From NCBI GenBank assembly GCA_002269645.1, contig NIVC01000522.1, forward strand, positions 434,001 through 498,000: DNA of 64,000 nt, read 5' to 3'. The notes beneath the pieces are model-generated. The model was given only the letters and a program-made list of their open reading frames with translations. It was not told where the DNA came from and made no database searches. Position 1 is the first letter of the stretch. Each line of letters starts with the position of its first letter. The position numbers and the translations under genes are program-made. Shown here piece after piece: positions 63,047-64,000 of this stretch. This DNA is from Macrostomum lignano (Eukaryota).

Positions 63047-64000
63047 TTTTAAACAATGACACGTGATGGTCGGCCGGCGATTGGTTCGACGTGGGGATGT
63101 GCCTGAAGACTCAGCAGGGGCCACCGGGTCTTCCTGACGGCCGGTTGTGCTTTCGGGCTGCGTTTCCGGGTCCGCATCTGTGGCATTCCCGGAGCTATCA
63201 GCGGCATCCTCCTCTGGATCCTGGTTCGGGTCTGGTGCTAGCTGGTTGGTACTGGCGAGGCGCAAGTTATCTCCATCGCAAATCCAAGCGGTGTTGCGGC
63301 CTTGGTGCATGACGTACTCTACACGTTTAGGCAGCTCATCGTTGGTCAACTGATACAGCACGCTCTCACCTTGCTGGAATGGCGAGACCACAGGGACTCG
63401 GATTGGCCGACCGAAGACCAACTCGGCCGGGCTCTTTCCACGAGTGTGCGACGAAACTCGGTGGTGCAGCAGAACTCTCTGTAAAAACGGGGTGAACTCT
63501 GTGTGGGTTATGCGATCATCCCAGGCACGCAGGGCGCGCTTGACAGTTTGCACGGCCCGTTCGGCGGCTCCATTAGCCTGGGGGTAATATGTTGGCGATT
63601 CGAGTTTGCGAACCCCATTTGCCTTCAGCCAGAGGCGCACTTGGTCGCTAGTAAACTCTGGAGCATTGTCGGAGACCAGCAACTCAGGGATTCCGAAACG
63701 AGTGAATACGGTCCGAAGCGATGAGATTACAGATTTTGAGGAGCGGTCCTTGCATGGAAACGCTTCAATCCATCCTGAGAAAGTATCGACGATTATTAAT
63801 ATGTTTCCCGCGCGTTGTACAAAGGCCCAATCCATATGCAGTTTTTGGAAAGCGTACTCGGCAGATGGCCATGCGTGTCGTTCTTGTGATAATCTTGGTC
63901 GCAACTGATTGCAGATCGGACAGTTACGGACGAAGCGTTCAAAATCTGCGCGCATTCCTGGCCACCAGCAGGACAAGGCCATGTAATTGTAGGCGGAGAT
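63020..64000 (-). CDS. Ty3/gypsy (Mag-like) integrase, end of pol; continues beyond the window
   Basis: WWPGM..D......C..C zinc finger, LHMDWA, IIVDTFSGWIEA, LVSDNAPEF, YPQANGAAERAVQTVK (DDE); frame open to near 63020. Confidence 0.92.
   Translation of the reverse strand: MSAYNYMALSCWWPGMRADFERFVRNCPICNQLRPRLSQERHAWPSAEYAFQKLHMDWAFVQRAGNILIIVDTFSGWIEAFPCKDRSSKSVISSLRTVFTRFGIPELLVSDNAPEFTSDQVRLWLKANGVRKLESPTYYPQANGAAERAVQTVKRALRAWDDRITHTEFTPFLQRVLLHHRVSSHTRGKSPAELVFGRPIRVPVVSPFQQGESVLYQLTNDELPKRVEYVMHQGRNTAWICDGDNLRLASTNQLAPDPNQDPEEDAADSSGNATDADPETQPESTTGRQEDPVAPAESSGTSPRRTNRRPTITCHCLKCYDMPNSL

Overview
Repeat-dense eukaryotic (invertebrate animal) DNA. GC-rich exons among micro/minisatellites suggest a free-living flatworm such as Macrostomum, which is inference only. 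Host genes: an intronless atypical Arf-like GTPase (-, 7659-8294), a two-exon myosin regulatory light chain (+, 18714-24196), the last exon of an orphan single-pass membrane protein (+, about 32574-33276), and three intact two-exon CYP2-clan P450s plus a fourth 3' remnant (-, 36982-53810). Mobile DNA: a decayed Penelope-like element (PLE, about 10645-13575) flanked by a long direct duplication, a second PLE 3' tail with an intact minimal hammerhead ribozyme (about 40935-40975), a deleted mariner, a hAT MITE, a 1065-bp foldback element, and a nested block at 54.7-64 kb (Ty3/gypsy gag, minisatellite element, near full-length LOA-type LINE, LTR plus integrase). About 15 tandem arrays are present, including a 5.9-kb 16-bp satellite with higher-order structure. 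The most interesting signals are the PLE whose zinc finger plus GIY-YIG module appears to sit upstream of the usual RT-EN linker motifs, the two PLE hammerheads, a 165-bp element built from GNA-triloop hairpins, a 20-bp minisatellite that recurs at breakpoints, and patchwork homogenisation of the P450 paralogs. All calls are by eye; no searches or folding programs were run.
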